From assembly GCA_964542165.1 (NCBI GenBank), contig CAZITQ010000003.1, positions 12,451-76,450 on the forward strand: DNA of 64,000 nucleotides. The letters are read 5' to 3'. The notes beneath the pieces are model-generated. The model did no database searches and was not told where the DNA came from. It saw only the letters and a list, made by a program, of their open reading frames with translations. The translations under genes were made by a program, and so were the position numbers. Positions 24,423-33,333 of the stretch are shown here, one piece after another (positions within the stretch are counted from its first letter, which is position 1; every line of letters begins with the position of its first letter). Source of the DNA: an uncultured Rickettsiales bacterium (GTDB lineage Bacteria > Myxococcota_A > UBA796 > UBA9615 > CAYRNR01).

Positions 24423-25160
24423 TCAGTCACGCTCCAACAGTGGCCTGGGATCGACGGCATCGCCGTCCCGGCGCACCTCCAGGTGCAGGTGGGGACCCGT
24501 GGAACGCCCGGTGGATCCCACCGAGCCCAGGGCCCGATCGATGCCGATCCGGTCGCCCACCTCCACGTCGACCTCGGACAGGTGAGCGTATCGGCTCTGC
24601 ACCCCGCTGCCGTGATCGACGTACACCACGTTTCCGTACCCACCGCGCTCGCCGGCGAACACCACCGTCCCGGGGCGCAGGGCGTGGACCGGGGTGCCCG
24701 TGGGCGCGCTCAGGTCCAATCCCTTGTGGAAGCGCTGCTCGTGGGTGAAGGGATCCGACCGCCAGCCGAATCCGCTGCCCATGGCCTCGCCCCCCATGTC
24801 GGGCAGGGGCCAGGCGAACCGCCCGGGCACCGACGCCACCGGCCCGTAGGCCTGGGTCGCGGCAGCCCCGGTGAGCGACCGGACCACCGCGTCGGCGAGA
24901 CCGATGCCGCCACCCTCGGCCACCTTCTCGATGATGGCCTGGTGGAACATGCCCTTCGCCACGTCCGATCCCACTCCGCCGTCCAGCAATCCGCTGCTCT
25001 GCTGCAGGGGCTTCATGATCTCGCCCAGGACCATCGCCTCGAACTGCTGCGCCGCCTTGCGAAGGGCGCCGGGGTCGTTCCCCAGGGCGCGCATCCGCTC
25101 GATCGCCTGCTCGGGATCGGGCTGGGGCGCGGCCTGCTGGGCGGTGATCGGGGCCTTCAT
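24423..25160 (-). CDS. flgJ: FlgJ-type rod-binding domain fused to an M23 (LytM-type) peptidase domain
   Basis: Rod-binding motif AAQQFEAMVLGEIMKPLQ. M23 motifs HKGLDLSAP.GTPV, GYGNVVYVDHG...S.YAHL and GSTGRSTGPHLHLEV. Confidence 0.8.
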   Translation of the reverse strand: MKAPITAQQAAPQPDPEQAIERMRALGNDPGALRKAAQQFEAMVLGEIMKPLQQSSGLLDGGVGSDVAKGMFHQAIIEKVAEGGGIGLADAVVRSLTGAAATQAYGPVASVPGRFAWPLPDMGGEAMGSGFGWRSDPFTHEQRFHKGLDLSAPTGTPVHALRPGTVVFAGERGGYGNVVYVDHGSGVQSRYAHLSEVDVEVGDRIGIDRALGSVGSTGRSTGPHLHLEVRRDGDAVDPRPLLERD

Positions 25161-26257
25161 CAGAGGATCTCCAGCTCCGCGTCCAGGGCGCCGGCCGCCT
25201 TCATGTCCTTGAAGATCGCCACCATGTCCTCGGGGCTGACGCCCATCTCGTTGAGGGCGGTCACCAGCTCCGAGAGGCTGACGCCTTCCACCACGCCCAT
25301 GGGTCGGTAGTCCTCCCGGACCTCGATGTCGGACTCCTCGAGGCGCTCGGTCCGTCCCACGTTGGAGAAGGCGGCAGGCTGACTGGCGGCGACCTGGGTA
25401 TCCACCCGGACCATCAACCCGCCCTTGGCGATGGCGACCTTGGCCACCCGGACCTCCTCGCCGACGATGACCGTCCCGGTCCGCTGGTCCACCACGACCT
25501 TGGCCTCGCGGTAGACCTGGATCGGGATCTGCTTGAGATCCGCGTAGAGCTCCGGCACCCGCCCCAGGTCCGGCTCGGGCACCTGGACCACGATCGTGCG
25601 ACCGTTGATGGCGTGGGCGAAGTCCCCGTACAGGTATCGATTGATCCCGCGCGCGGCGTTGGTGGCGGTGACCACCTCGTTGCGGTGCATGTTGATGGTG
25701 AACGCCTGGAACTTGTTGAGATTCACCGAGGCGTCCCGGACCACCGTGCCGCCGTTGGGCACCGCGCCCGCGGCCACATGCCCGATCTGGACCGACGAAC
25801 CCCGGGAGGCGGCCGACACCCCACCCACGATGACCGTGCCCTGGGCGATGGCGTACGTCTGGTCGTTGGCCGCCACCAGGGACGTGGCCACCAGCTGGCC
25901 ACCCCGCAGGCTGGAGGCATCCATCATCGACGAGACGGTGACGTCGAACTCGAGGCCGTCCTCGGCGTTGGCGGGCAGCTCGGCGGTGACGGCCACCACG
26001 GCCACGTTCTTGGACTTGATCGCGCGCGAGTCGACGACGATCTCCGCCTTGTCCACCATCGACTGCAACATCTGCTGGGTCAGCCCCGAGCTGGAGCTGT
26101 CGCCCGTTCCCGCCAGGCCGATGACGAGCCCCACGCCGAACAGGGTGTTCTCCCGCTCCGCCTGGAAGTCGGAGATGTCACCGAGACGGGCCGCCCGGGA
26201 GGCGGGGGCGATGGCCAGGGTGACGGCCAGCGACGCGATGCACAGGTGATGCCGCAT
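25160..26257 (-). CDS. flgI: Flagellar P-ring protein FlgI
   Basis: ATG 26257 after GGAGGAGGAGAGGC. Signal peptide, then RLGDISDFQAERENTLFGVGLVIGLAGTGD. The longer ORF-track call is an upstream extension. Confidence 0.9.
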   Translation of the reverse strand: MRHHLCIASLAVTLAIAPASRAARLGDISDFQAERENTLFGVGLVIGLAGTGDSSSSGLTQQMLQSMVDKAEIVVDSRAIKSKNVAVVAVTAELPANAEDGLEFDVTVSSMMDASSLRGGQLVATSLVAANDQTYAIAQGTVIVGGVSAASRGSSVQIGHVAAGAVPNGGTVVRDASVNLNKFQAFTINMHRNEVVTATNAARGINRYLYGDFAHAINGRTIVVQVPEPDLGRVPELYADLKQIPIQVYREAKVVVDQRTGTVIVGEEVRVAKVAIAKGGLMVRVDTQVAASQPAAFSNVGRTERLEESDIEVREDYRPMGVVEGVSLSELVTALNEMGVSPEDMVAIFKDMKAAGALDAELEIL

Positions 26258-26271
26258 GCCTCTCCTCCTCC

Positions 26272-27003
26272 CTACAGGGGTGCGACCCGGTCCAGCGCTC
26301 GCTGGAGCCAGGGAACGATCTGCTTGTCGCCGACCACCCCCTGGCCCACCAGGGCGATGTGGGGTTCGGCGAGGCGCCAGGACCAGACCATGTCCTCGGC
26401 CTGCACGTGCCGGGGATCCACGTAGCCGTGCAGCCGCAGGATCTGGACCTCGTTGTTGATCATGATGTGGCGACCGCCCTCGACCTCCAGCAGGCCGTTG
26501 TCCAGGACGTCGACGACCATCACGGTGAGGGTTCCGTCGAAGATGCCCTTGCGCGAGGTCCCGGCGGCGGCATCGCTGCCGGTGTCGCTGCCGCCCTCGA
26601 TGCCGAAGCCCGGCGAGACGCCCGCGGCCGCGGCCTCGCTGGCCCAGTTCGGGTTGGACGCGGCGAGCTCTCCGATCAGCCCCACCATCGCTCCGACGTG
26701 GGCCTTGGAGGAGGTCGTGCGCGCCACGTTGGTCTTGGCCTCCTCGGACGCCGTGGTCTCCTCGTCGATCATCACGGTGAGGGTCTGGCAGGCCTTGTAG
26801 GACCGGGAACGGTTGGTCAGCCGGGTGATGTTGGAGTTCGGCACGTAGAGCGCCCCGTTGTCGTCCGGTCCGCCGGAATCCGCGGATTCGGTGCAGGACG
26901 GTAGCCACCGGCCCCCGTCCGCCAGGGTCATGTTGCCGTACTTGCACCCCGCGAGGGTCAGGCCCAGCAAGGTCAGACTCGACAGCACCGCCACCGTTCT
27001 CAT
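26272..27003 (-). CDS. flgH: Flagellar L-ring lipoprotein FlgH
   Basis: Lipobox LTLAGC. GTLTVMVVDVL.NG.L.V.G......N.E......GYV.P. Confidence 0.9.
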   Translation of the reverse strand: MRTVAVLSSLTLLGLTLAGCKYGNMTLADGGRWLPSCTESADSGGPDDNGALYVPNSNITRLTNRSRSYKACQTLTVMIDEETTASEEAKTNVARTTSSKAHVGAMVGLIGELAASNPNWASEAAAAGVSPGFGIEGGSDTGSDAAAGTSRKGIFDGTLTVMVVDVLDNGLLEVEGGRHIMINNEVQILRLHGYVDPRHVQAEDMVWSWRLAEPHIALVGQGVVGDKQIVPWLQRALDRVAPL

Positions 27004-27761
27004 CGCTCGCCTCCCTGGAATCCGTGGAGCTCCGCCACCGGCGCCCCCGGAAGCTCGACGACCACATAGCCGCCGGACTGCAGCTCCCCGCTGATCACCT
27101 TCTGGGTCCGGCCGCAGCGGGCGCGCACGTAGTCGCCCAGATACCCGTCCTCCAGCATCTCGCCGGTGCAGGACACGGTGAGCACGCCGTTGGACATCAC
27201 GATCCGCGCCATCGCCCCGCGCTTTCGATCCGGAATTCGGTGCAACATGGAGAGGCAGAGCACCGAGCCGACGGACAGGGACCGGGCCGCCTCGACCCGG
27301 TCCAGGGTCTCGTCCCGCAGCACGGTGTCCGACGGCAGCGAGTCCAGGTCCCGCAGGTCCGCGGTGAGCACGCCCGCGTCCACCCGCTCGCCCCGGCGGA
27401 CCGGCACGGCCACGGTCCAGACCGCCACCTGGCCGCAGACCCGGAAGCTGATGTTGCGGGTCTGGACCGCCCGACTGCCCACGACCACGTCCATCACCAG
27501 CGTGGAACGCCCGATGAAGTCCTCGTTGGCCCGGGGCCGGAACCGCAGCTCGGCCTCCCCATCCACCGGGATCTCGTCGGTGAGGCTCAGGTCCTCGACG
27601 CTGACCTCGACCACGCTGGCCGGGAGTCGATCGCGCACGAACTGCTGCAGCTCGGTGCGCACGTCCTCGGGCGTCACGGTGACCGCCGAAGCCGGCGAAG
27701 CGGCTCCGGTGGCGACGAGCGCCAGGAGGACGAGGGAGAGCAACGGGCTTCGGGCGTTCAT
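27000..27761 (-). CDS. flgA: Flagellar P-ring assembly chaperone FlgA
   Basis: Signal peptide. C-terminal SAF-like RSLSVGSVL....L......KRG..A.IV.....L.V...G....DG..GD.VR. ATGA overlap with flgH. Confidence 0.8.
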   Translation of the reverse strand: MNARSPLLSLVLLALVATGAASPASAVTVTPEDVRTELQQFVRDRLPASVVEVSVEDLSLTDEIPVDGEAELRFRPRANEDFIGRSTLVMDVVVGSRAVQTRNISFRVCGQVAVWTVAVPVRRGERVDAGVLTADLRDLDSLPSDTVLRDETLDRVEAARSLSVGSVLCLSMLHRIPDRKRGAMARIVMSNGVLTVSCTGEMLEDGYLGDYVRARCGRTQKVISGELQSGGYVVVELPGAPVAELHGFQGGER

Positions 27762-27765
27762 CGAT

Positions 27766-28548
27766 TCACCGCTTGATCTGGTTGGTGGTCTGCAGCACCT
27801 CGTCGCTGGCCTCGATCACCTTGCTGACCAGTTCGTAGGAGCGCTGGGCGCGGATCAGGTTGACCAGCTCCTCGGCCACGTCCACGTTGGAGCTCTCCAA
27901 CGCCCCCTGCAGGATGCCGCCCAGGCCGGGGTCGCCGGGGATCCCGGACAGGGCGTCCCCGCTGGCCTCGGTGGCCCGGAACAGGTTGCGGCCCTCGGCC
28001 AGCATGCCGGCGGGGTTGGAGAAGTTGGCGACCAGGATCTGTCCCAGCTGGGTCTCCGACTCCTCGCCGTCCACCTTGGCCGTCACCGTGCCGTCCTGGC
28101 CCACCGTGATCATGGCCCCCTCGGGGATGGTGATGCCGGGACTGAGCATGGCCCCGTCGATGGTGACCAGGTTGCCCTCGGAGTCGAGACGGAACGAGCC
28201 GTCCCGGGTGTAGGCCTCGCTGCCGTCCGCCATCTGGACGACGAAGAAGCCCGGGCCGTCGATCATCAGGTCCGTGGCGTTGCCCGTCACCTCCGCCCCG
28301 CCCTGTTCGAAGGAGCGGCGCAGGGACGACAGCTGGACGCCGTGGCCCACCTGGACCCCCGTGGTGTCCTGGTTGCCGTCCGAGGTCTCGGTGCCGGGGT
28401 TCTGCAGCTGCTGGTAGTACAGGTCCTGGAAGCTCTCCCGGACCTTCTTGAACCCGGTGGTGCCCACGTTCGCCAGGTTGTTGGCGATGTTGTCCATCTT
28501 CACCTGCTGTGCGGACATCCCGCTGGCAGCGCTGTAGAGGGCTCGCAT
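27766..28548 (-). CDS. flgG: Flagellar distal rod protein FlgG
   Basis: MRALYSAASGMSAQQVKMDNIANNLANVGTTGFKK. C-terminal LESSNVDVAEELVNLIRAQRSYE. Confidence 0.95.
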   Translation of the reverse strand: MRALYSAASGMSAQQVKMDNIANNLANVGTTGFKKVRESFQDLYYQQLQNPGTETSDGNQDTTGVQVGHGVQLSSLRRSFEQGGAEVTGNATDLMIDGPGFFVVQMADGSEAYTRDGSFRLDSEGNLVTIDGAMLSPGITIPEGAMITVGQDGTVTAKVDGEESETQLGQILVANFSNPAGMLAEGRNLFRATEASGDALSGIPGDPGLGGILQGALESSNVDVAEELVNLIRAQRSYELVSKVIEASDEVLQTTNQIKR

Positions 28549-28560
28549 GTGTCGTCCTTC

Positions 28561-29313
28561 CTAACTCGCGGTCGCCTTGCCAACTCGGTTGTTGAGCTGC
28601 CCCTCGGTCTCGTCCACGCTCTCCAGGGCCTGGCTGTAGGCCTGGTAGAAGCGGCTGAGGCGGATGAGCTCTACCAGCTCCCGCATCGGATCCACGTTGG
28701 ATTGCTCCAGGGCGCCCTGGACCACCCGGGTCTCCTCGCCGGCCTGGGTCGACGCCGCACCGCCGGCCGAGAAGAGGTTCGATCCCTCCCGGCTCAGCAC
28801 CTGCGGGTCGGCGAAGGTGGCGATCTGGAGCTTCGCCATGGCCCCGCTCTCCTGGGTCAGCGTGCCGTCCTCGGCGATCTGGAACGCTCCGGCTCCGATG
28901 GCGATGGTGCCGCCACCCTCGTCCAGCACGTGCCCCCCGGACTGGTGGACCAGCAGGCCCTCGTCGCTCACCGCCAGGGTGCCGTCCCGGGTGTACAGGG
29001 TCTCTCCCCCCTCGACCTGGACGGCCAGAAACCCGGTACCGCGCAGGGCCACGTGGGCGGGATCGCCGGTGGTGACCACCGCCCCGGCGCTCATGTCGTG
29101 GCCGATCCCGTCCAGGGAGAGGTAGGTCTGGGCCAGGGACAGGGCGGCCTCGTTGTCCTCGCTGCCGGCGTCGTCCGGCGACACGGATCGGAACAGGGCC
29201 ACCTGGGCCTTGAATCCCGGGGTGTCGGCATTGGCCAGGTTGTTGGCCACCACGTCCAGGCCCTCGAAGGACCGGGTCCCGGCGGCCAGGGAGGTGTAGA
29301 TGGCGTGGCTCAC
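28561..29313 (-). CDS. flgF: Flagellar proximal rod protein FlgF
   Basis: VVANNLANADTPGFKA. C-terminal GALEQSNVDPMRELVELIRLSRFYQ. Confidence 0.85.
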   Translation of the reverse strand: MSHAIYTSLAAGTRSFEGLDVVANNLANADTPGFKAQVALFRSVSPDDAGSEDNEAALSLAQTYLSLDGIGHDMSAGAVVTTGDPAHVALRGTGFLAVQVEGGETLYTRDGTLAVSDEGLLVHQSGGHVLDEGGGTIAIGAGAFQIAEDGTLTQESGAMAKLQIATFADPQVLSREGSNLFSAGGAASTQAGEETRVVQGALEQSNVDPMRELVELIRLSRFYQAYSQALESVDETEGQLNNRVGKATAS

Positions 29314-30170
29314 GCGGTCCTCCTCGGTTGACTCCCGCTCGCAGATCGTCGGCCCCGCTGGGCGCTCGGACGCCCCCGCCGCGGCTTGGCCCGCCCGCGC
29401 TTGGGCGCTTCACCGGTCATGTGGGAGCGCAGTCGCAGGCAGGCTTCGGTGTGGATCTGGGACACCCGGGACTCGGTCACGCCGAGCACCGCGCCGATCT
29501 CCTTCAGGGTCAGGTCCTTCATGTAGTACAGGATGAGGACCGTCCGCTGCCGCTCGGTCAGGTGCTCCTGGATCGCCTTGCCCATGCTGGACAGGGTCTC
29601 CTTGAGAGCCACCTGCTCCTCCACGGTCGAGGAGTCGGGGTCGCCCAGCATCTCCGCCAGGGGCCGGGACTCCTCGGATCGCTTGTTCTCGTAGGAGACC
29701 AGCAGCACGTTTCGGCTGTCGTCGACCATCTTCCAGTACTGGTCCATGCCGACGCCCATGTCCTCGGCCACCTCCTCGGGCTTGGGGGTGCGGCCGAGCT
29801 GGCGCTCCAGGGACGAGATCACCACCTCGATCTGGTTGGCGGTCGCCCGCGCCTGGCGGGAGATGGGGTCCAGGCGGCGCAGCACGTCCAGCATCGCGCC
29901 GCGGATCCGGAAGTCGGCGAACGTGGAGAATTGGACGTGCCGGTTGGGGTCGTAGCGATTCATGGCGTCCAGCAGTCCGAGGGCACCCGAGTTGATCAGG
30001 TCCTCGAGCTCCAACGCCGCGTCGTCCGGGATTCGCGCCTTGAGCCGCCGGGCCATCGCGGCCACCCGCGGGGAGAATTTCTGCACGACCTCGTCCCGGG
30101 TCATCCCGTCGATCTGGGTCGCATCGCGGTAGGCCGCCGGGCCGTAGTTCATCGCGGGCGTACGCGTCAT
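29310..30170 (-). CDS. fliA: Flagellar sigma factor FliA (sigma-28) with an Arg-rich C-terminal tail
   Basis: Region 2 FSTFADFRIRGAMLD. Region 4 LTLKEIGAVLGVTESRVSQIH. ATGA overlaps on both sides. Confidence 0.9.
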   Translation of the reverse strand: MTRTPAMNYGPAAYRDATQIDGMTRDEVVQKFSPRVAAMARRLKARIPDDAALELEDLINSGALGLLDAMNRYDPNRHVQFSTFADFRIRGAMLDVLRRLDPISRQARATANQIEVVISSLERQLGRTPKPEEVAEDMGVGMDQYWKMVDDSRNVLLVSYENKRSEESRPLAEMLGDPDSSTVEEQVALKETLSSMGKAIQEHLTERQRTVLILYYMKDLTLKEIGAVLGVTESRVSQIHTEACLRLRSHMTGEAPKRGRAKPRRGRPSAQRGRRSASGSQPRRTA

Positions 30171-31219
30171 CGGACCGCACCCTCTCCGGTATTGGCCAGC
30201 AGCGACTCACCCGTCTCCGTAGGGGGCTCGTCCTCGCATCCCGACAGTCGCTCCACGAGTTCGGACCACCTCGCCAGTTCGATGCGGGGGATGTCGTTGG
30301 GCTCCTTGCCCTGAATCCCCAGCGGTCCGTTCGTGCCCAGGGCCAGGCCGACCACCGACCCCAGCTGCGTGTCGTCGTCCACTCCGGTCATCAACCAGCC
30401 GGTGTGGGTCTGCTTCGCGCACGCGCTCAGCAGGCCCACCGACTCCGATATGGGTCCCATCGCATCCACCACCGGTACCAGCGTCATCTCCGGGAACAGC
30501 CGCCACCACGACGACAGCCCCAGCCGTGGCTCGCCCAGGCACGGCGGCGGCAGATCGATCACCACCAGTCGCACGTCCGGGAGCCGGGAAACCGCGAGCG
30601 CGGCTTCGTCCGCGCTCTCGTAGCCGAAGACCTCGACCCCGTCGCCCGGCATCACCGGCGCCTGCGCCGTGAGCAGGGCGACCCGCTCGGGGATGATCTC
30701 GCTGGCCATCCGGCACAGCCCGCCGGCCACCGTGGACCGACCTGTGAAGGGGTGCCCCACGACTCCCAGGATCTGGAGCTGGGACAGGTCCAGCGCCGGA
30801 CTACACGGCGCCTTGTTGTCGAGAATGCGCTGCACGCTCTCCCAGGGCATGGCGTCCAGGGCGTCGTCCTGGTCCCAGGCCTGCCGGACCAGCAGGGTGG
30901 CCTGGTCTTCCCGCACGCCGGTCTGGCACAGGGTGCGCCACACTCGCTCGTAGCGCGTCGGCCAGCGCTCGGCGCCGCGGTTCGCCGGCTCCCGGGCCTC
31001 GGTCTTCTTCTCCAGAGGCCGCAGGAAGTCCACCAGGCTGGGGATGCCCACCTTGTCCATGGCCGAGACCACCAGCTCCGTTCGGGTCACGCCCTGCTCG
31101 TCGCGCACCGACCGCACGTCGACGATGACGATGTCCTCGCCCAGCTCGCGGAACGCGCGGCGGGCGGCGTCGCTGAGGGAGCGGCCGTGGAAGCGGAAAG
31201 TCTTCTTGCCCGGTGTCAT
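30167..31219 (-). CDS. flhF: FlhF-like protein with degenerate GTPase motifs
   Basis: FlhF-type N-terminus (KTFRFHGRSLSDAARRAFRELGEDIVIVDVRSV) in the flhA-flhF-fliA position. The P-loop reads GHPFTGRST where canonical FlhF has GPTGVGKTT. The expected DTAG site reads IDLPP. Confidence 0.6.
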   Translation of the reverse strand: MTPGKKTFRFHGRSLSDAARRAFRELGEDIVIVDVRSVRDEQGVTRTELVVSAMDKVGIPSLVDFLRPLEKKTEAREPANRGAERWPTRYERVWRTLCQTGVREDQATLLVRQAWDQDDALDAMPWESVQRILDNKAPCSPALDLSQLQILGVVGHPFTGRSTVAGGLCRMASEIIPERVALLTAQAPVMPGDGVEVFGYESADEAALAVSRLPDVRLVVIDLPPPCLGEPRLGLSSWWRLFPEMTLVPVVDAMGPISESVGLLSACAKQTHTGWLMTGVDDDTQLGSVVGLALGTNGPLGIQGKEPNDIPRIELARWSELVERLSGCEDEPPTETGESLLANTGEGAVR

Positions 31220-31222
31220 CCG

Positions 31223-33304
31223 CTACACCCCCACCATTCCCAGGTTCTCGACCCTCGCCGTCGCCGACACCTCGCCGCTGCTCATCACGCCGACGGTGGG
31301 CAGCACCCGCTCGAGCAACCGGCGAAGGGGCCTGCGCAGGACGGGGCTGGTGAGCAGAACCGGGAAGCTGTCGCCCCGGGCGTGCCGTTCCACCGCCTTG
31401 CCGATGCGCTTGACCAGCTCCCGGACCTGCACCGGTTCCAGGGTGATCTGGGCGCCGTCTTCGCCCGCTCGCAGCGATTCCCGCAGCCGCTCCTCGGTCT
31501 GTGGGTGCAGCACCAGGCAGCGCAGTCGCCCCTGGGTGTCCTCGAACTGATGGGTGATCTGCCGCGCCAGGCGCCGGCGGACCGCCTCGGTCAGCTCCGC
31601 GGTGTCCTTGGTGCGCTCGCCCTCGTCCGCGAGCGCCTCGAGGATGGTCAGCATGTCGCGCACCGAGATGTTCTCGGCCAGCAGCCGGCGGATCACGTGC
31701 AGTACGGTCCCCAGGGACAGGGTGTTGGGGATCAGGTCGTCGACCACCTTGGGGTGGGTCTTGGCCACGGTATCCAGGATCCGCTGCAGGTCCTGTCGGT
31801 TGATCAGCTCCGGCGAGTACCCCTTGATCACCTCGGCGATGTGCGTGCTGATGATGTTGGGCGGATCGACCACGGTGTAGCCAGCCCGCCGCGCCTCCTC
31901 CTGCTGCTCCGGCTTGATCCAGATCGCGTCCAGGCCGAAGGCGGGCTCCTTGCCCGGCGTGCCCTGGATCCTGCGGCGCGCGTTGCCCGGGTCGATGGCC
32001 ATCAGGTGACGCGGCAGCAGCTCGCCGGCGGCCACCTCGGTGCCCCTCAGGAGCACCTTGTACTCGCCGGGCTTGAGCCGGACGTTGTCCCGGATGTGGA
32101 TCGGCGGAACCACGATCCCCAGGGATCGGGCGAGCTGCCGGCGCAGTCGTTGCACCCGCTCCATGAGCTCGCCGCCCTTGCGCGGGTCCACCAGCGGCAC
32201 CAGGTCGAAGCCGACCTCCATCTCCAGGGTGTCCAGGGCCAGCAGATCCTCCATCGGGCCCTCGGTGTCTCCCACCGGGACCTCGTCCTCGGAGGGCTGG
32301 GACTGGTCGGTCCGCTGGCGCTTGGCGGCTCTCGCGGCGCGCCATCCCAGGAAGCCCACCGCCAGCGCGATCATCAGGAACGGGGTCCGGAAGCCGGGGA
32401 TGAGCATCATCAGGCCCATCAGCAGGGCGAGCGCCACCAGGACCTTGGGGTTGGACAGGAACTGCTTGCCGATCTGGCGATCCAGCCGCACGGCGCCCCC
32501 GACGCGGGTGACGATGATGCCGGCCGCGACGCTGATCACCAGCGCCGGGATCTGGCTCACCAGGCCGTCGCCCACGGTGAGGATCGTGTACACCGACGTG
32601 GCCTCGCCCAGGGAGAGGTCGTGTCGCGCCACCCCCACGATCAGGCCGCCGATGATGTTGATGCCGGTGATCAGGATGCCCGCGATGGCGTCCCCGCGGA
32701 TGAACTTGCTGGCGCCGTCCATGGCCCCGTAGAACTCGCTCTGCAGCGCCACCTCTTCGCGCCGCTTGCGTGCCTGTTCCTCGTTGATCAACCCCGACGA
32801 CAGGTCCGCGTCGATGGCCATCTGCTTGCCGGGCATCGCGTCGAGGGTGAAGCGCGCGGCCACCTCGGCGATGCGCCCCGATCCCTTGGTGATCACGAAG
32901 AAGTTGATGATCACCAGCAGGATGAAGATCACCAGCCCGACCACAAAGTCGCCGGACACCATCAGATGCCCGAAGGTCTCGATCAGGTTCCCCGCGGCGT
33001 CGCTGCCCTCGTGCCCGTGCACCAGGATCAACCGGGTCGAGGCCACGTTGAGGGAGAGCCGGAACAGGGTGGTGAACAGCAGCACGGTCGGGAAGACCGA
33101 GAATTCCAGGGTTTCCTTGACGTAGAAGGTGAGCAGGAACACCAGCAGGCTGACCCCGATGGAGGTGGCCAGCAGCATGTCCATGGTCCAGTCGCGGACC
33201 GGCACCACGATGGGAAGCAGGACGAAGACGAAGGCCGCCGGCCACAGCGACGCCAACGCGCTGAGCCCCGAGCTTCCTAGCTTCCTGCCGTTACCGTCCG
33301 CCAT
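31223..33304 (-). CDS. flhA: Flagellar type III export apparatus protein FlhA
   Basis: 693 aa. Contains FPTVLLFTTLFRLSLNVASTRLIL, the FHIPEP-type core and a C-terminal cytoplasmic domain. Confidence 0.95.
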   Translation of the reverse strand: MADGNGRKLGSSGLSALASLWPAAFVFVLLPIVVPVRDWTMDMLLATSIGVSLLVFLLTFYVKETLEFSVFPTVLLFTTLFRLSLNVASTRLILVHGHEGSDAAGNLIETFGHLMVSGDFVVGLVIFILLVIINFFVITKGSGRIAEVAARFTLDAMPGKQMAIDADLSSGLINEEQARKRREEVALQSEFYGAMDGASKFIRGDAIAGILITGINIIGGLIVGVARHDLSLGEATSVYTILTVGDGLVSQIPALVISVAAGIIVTRVGGAVRLDRQIGKQFLSNPKVLVALALLMGLMMLIPGFRTPFLMIALAVGFLGWRAARAAKRQRTDQSQPSEDEVPVGDTEGPMEDLLALDTLEMEVGFDLVPLVDPRKGGELMERVQRLRRQLARSLGIVVPPIHIRDNVRLKPGEYKVLLRGTEVAAGELLPRHLMAIDPGNARRRIQGTPGKEPAFGLDAIWIKPEQQEEARRAGYTVVDPPNIISTHIAEVIKGYSPELINRQDLQRILDTVAKTHPKVVDDLIPNTLSLGTVLHVIRRLLAENISVRDMLTILEALADEGERTKDTAELTEAVRRRLARQITHQFEDTQGRLRCLVLHPQTEERLRESLRAGEDGAQITLEPVQVRELVKRIGKAVERHARGDSFPVLLTSPVLRRPLRRLLERVLPTVGVMSSGEVSATARVENLGMVGV

Positions 33305-33333
33305 CCTGGAACCGTCCTATCCCTGACGCTGTG

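Noticed and set aside
25160-27067. Long ORF-track versions of flgI (635 aa); likewise fliP (35548..37530), the TPR gene (53331..56852), fliK (44871..46847), fliI (47334..49028), fliH (48692..50053) and flgD (44099..45361)
   Set aside because: The upstream extensions run through the preceding genes in another frame and have nonsense composition. Internal starts with Shine-Dalgarno sequences and overlap junctions give canonical protein lengths and N-termini.
30404-33280. 958-aa + strand ORF across flhF/flhA
   Set aside because: It lies opposite unmistakable FlhA, and its composition is dominated by R/G/A/P/H/Q with no domains.
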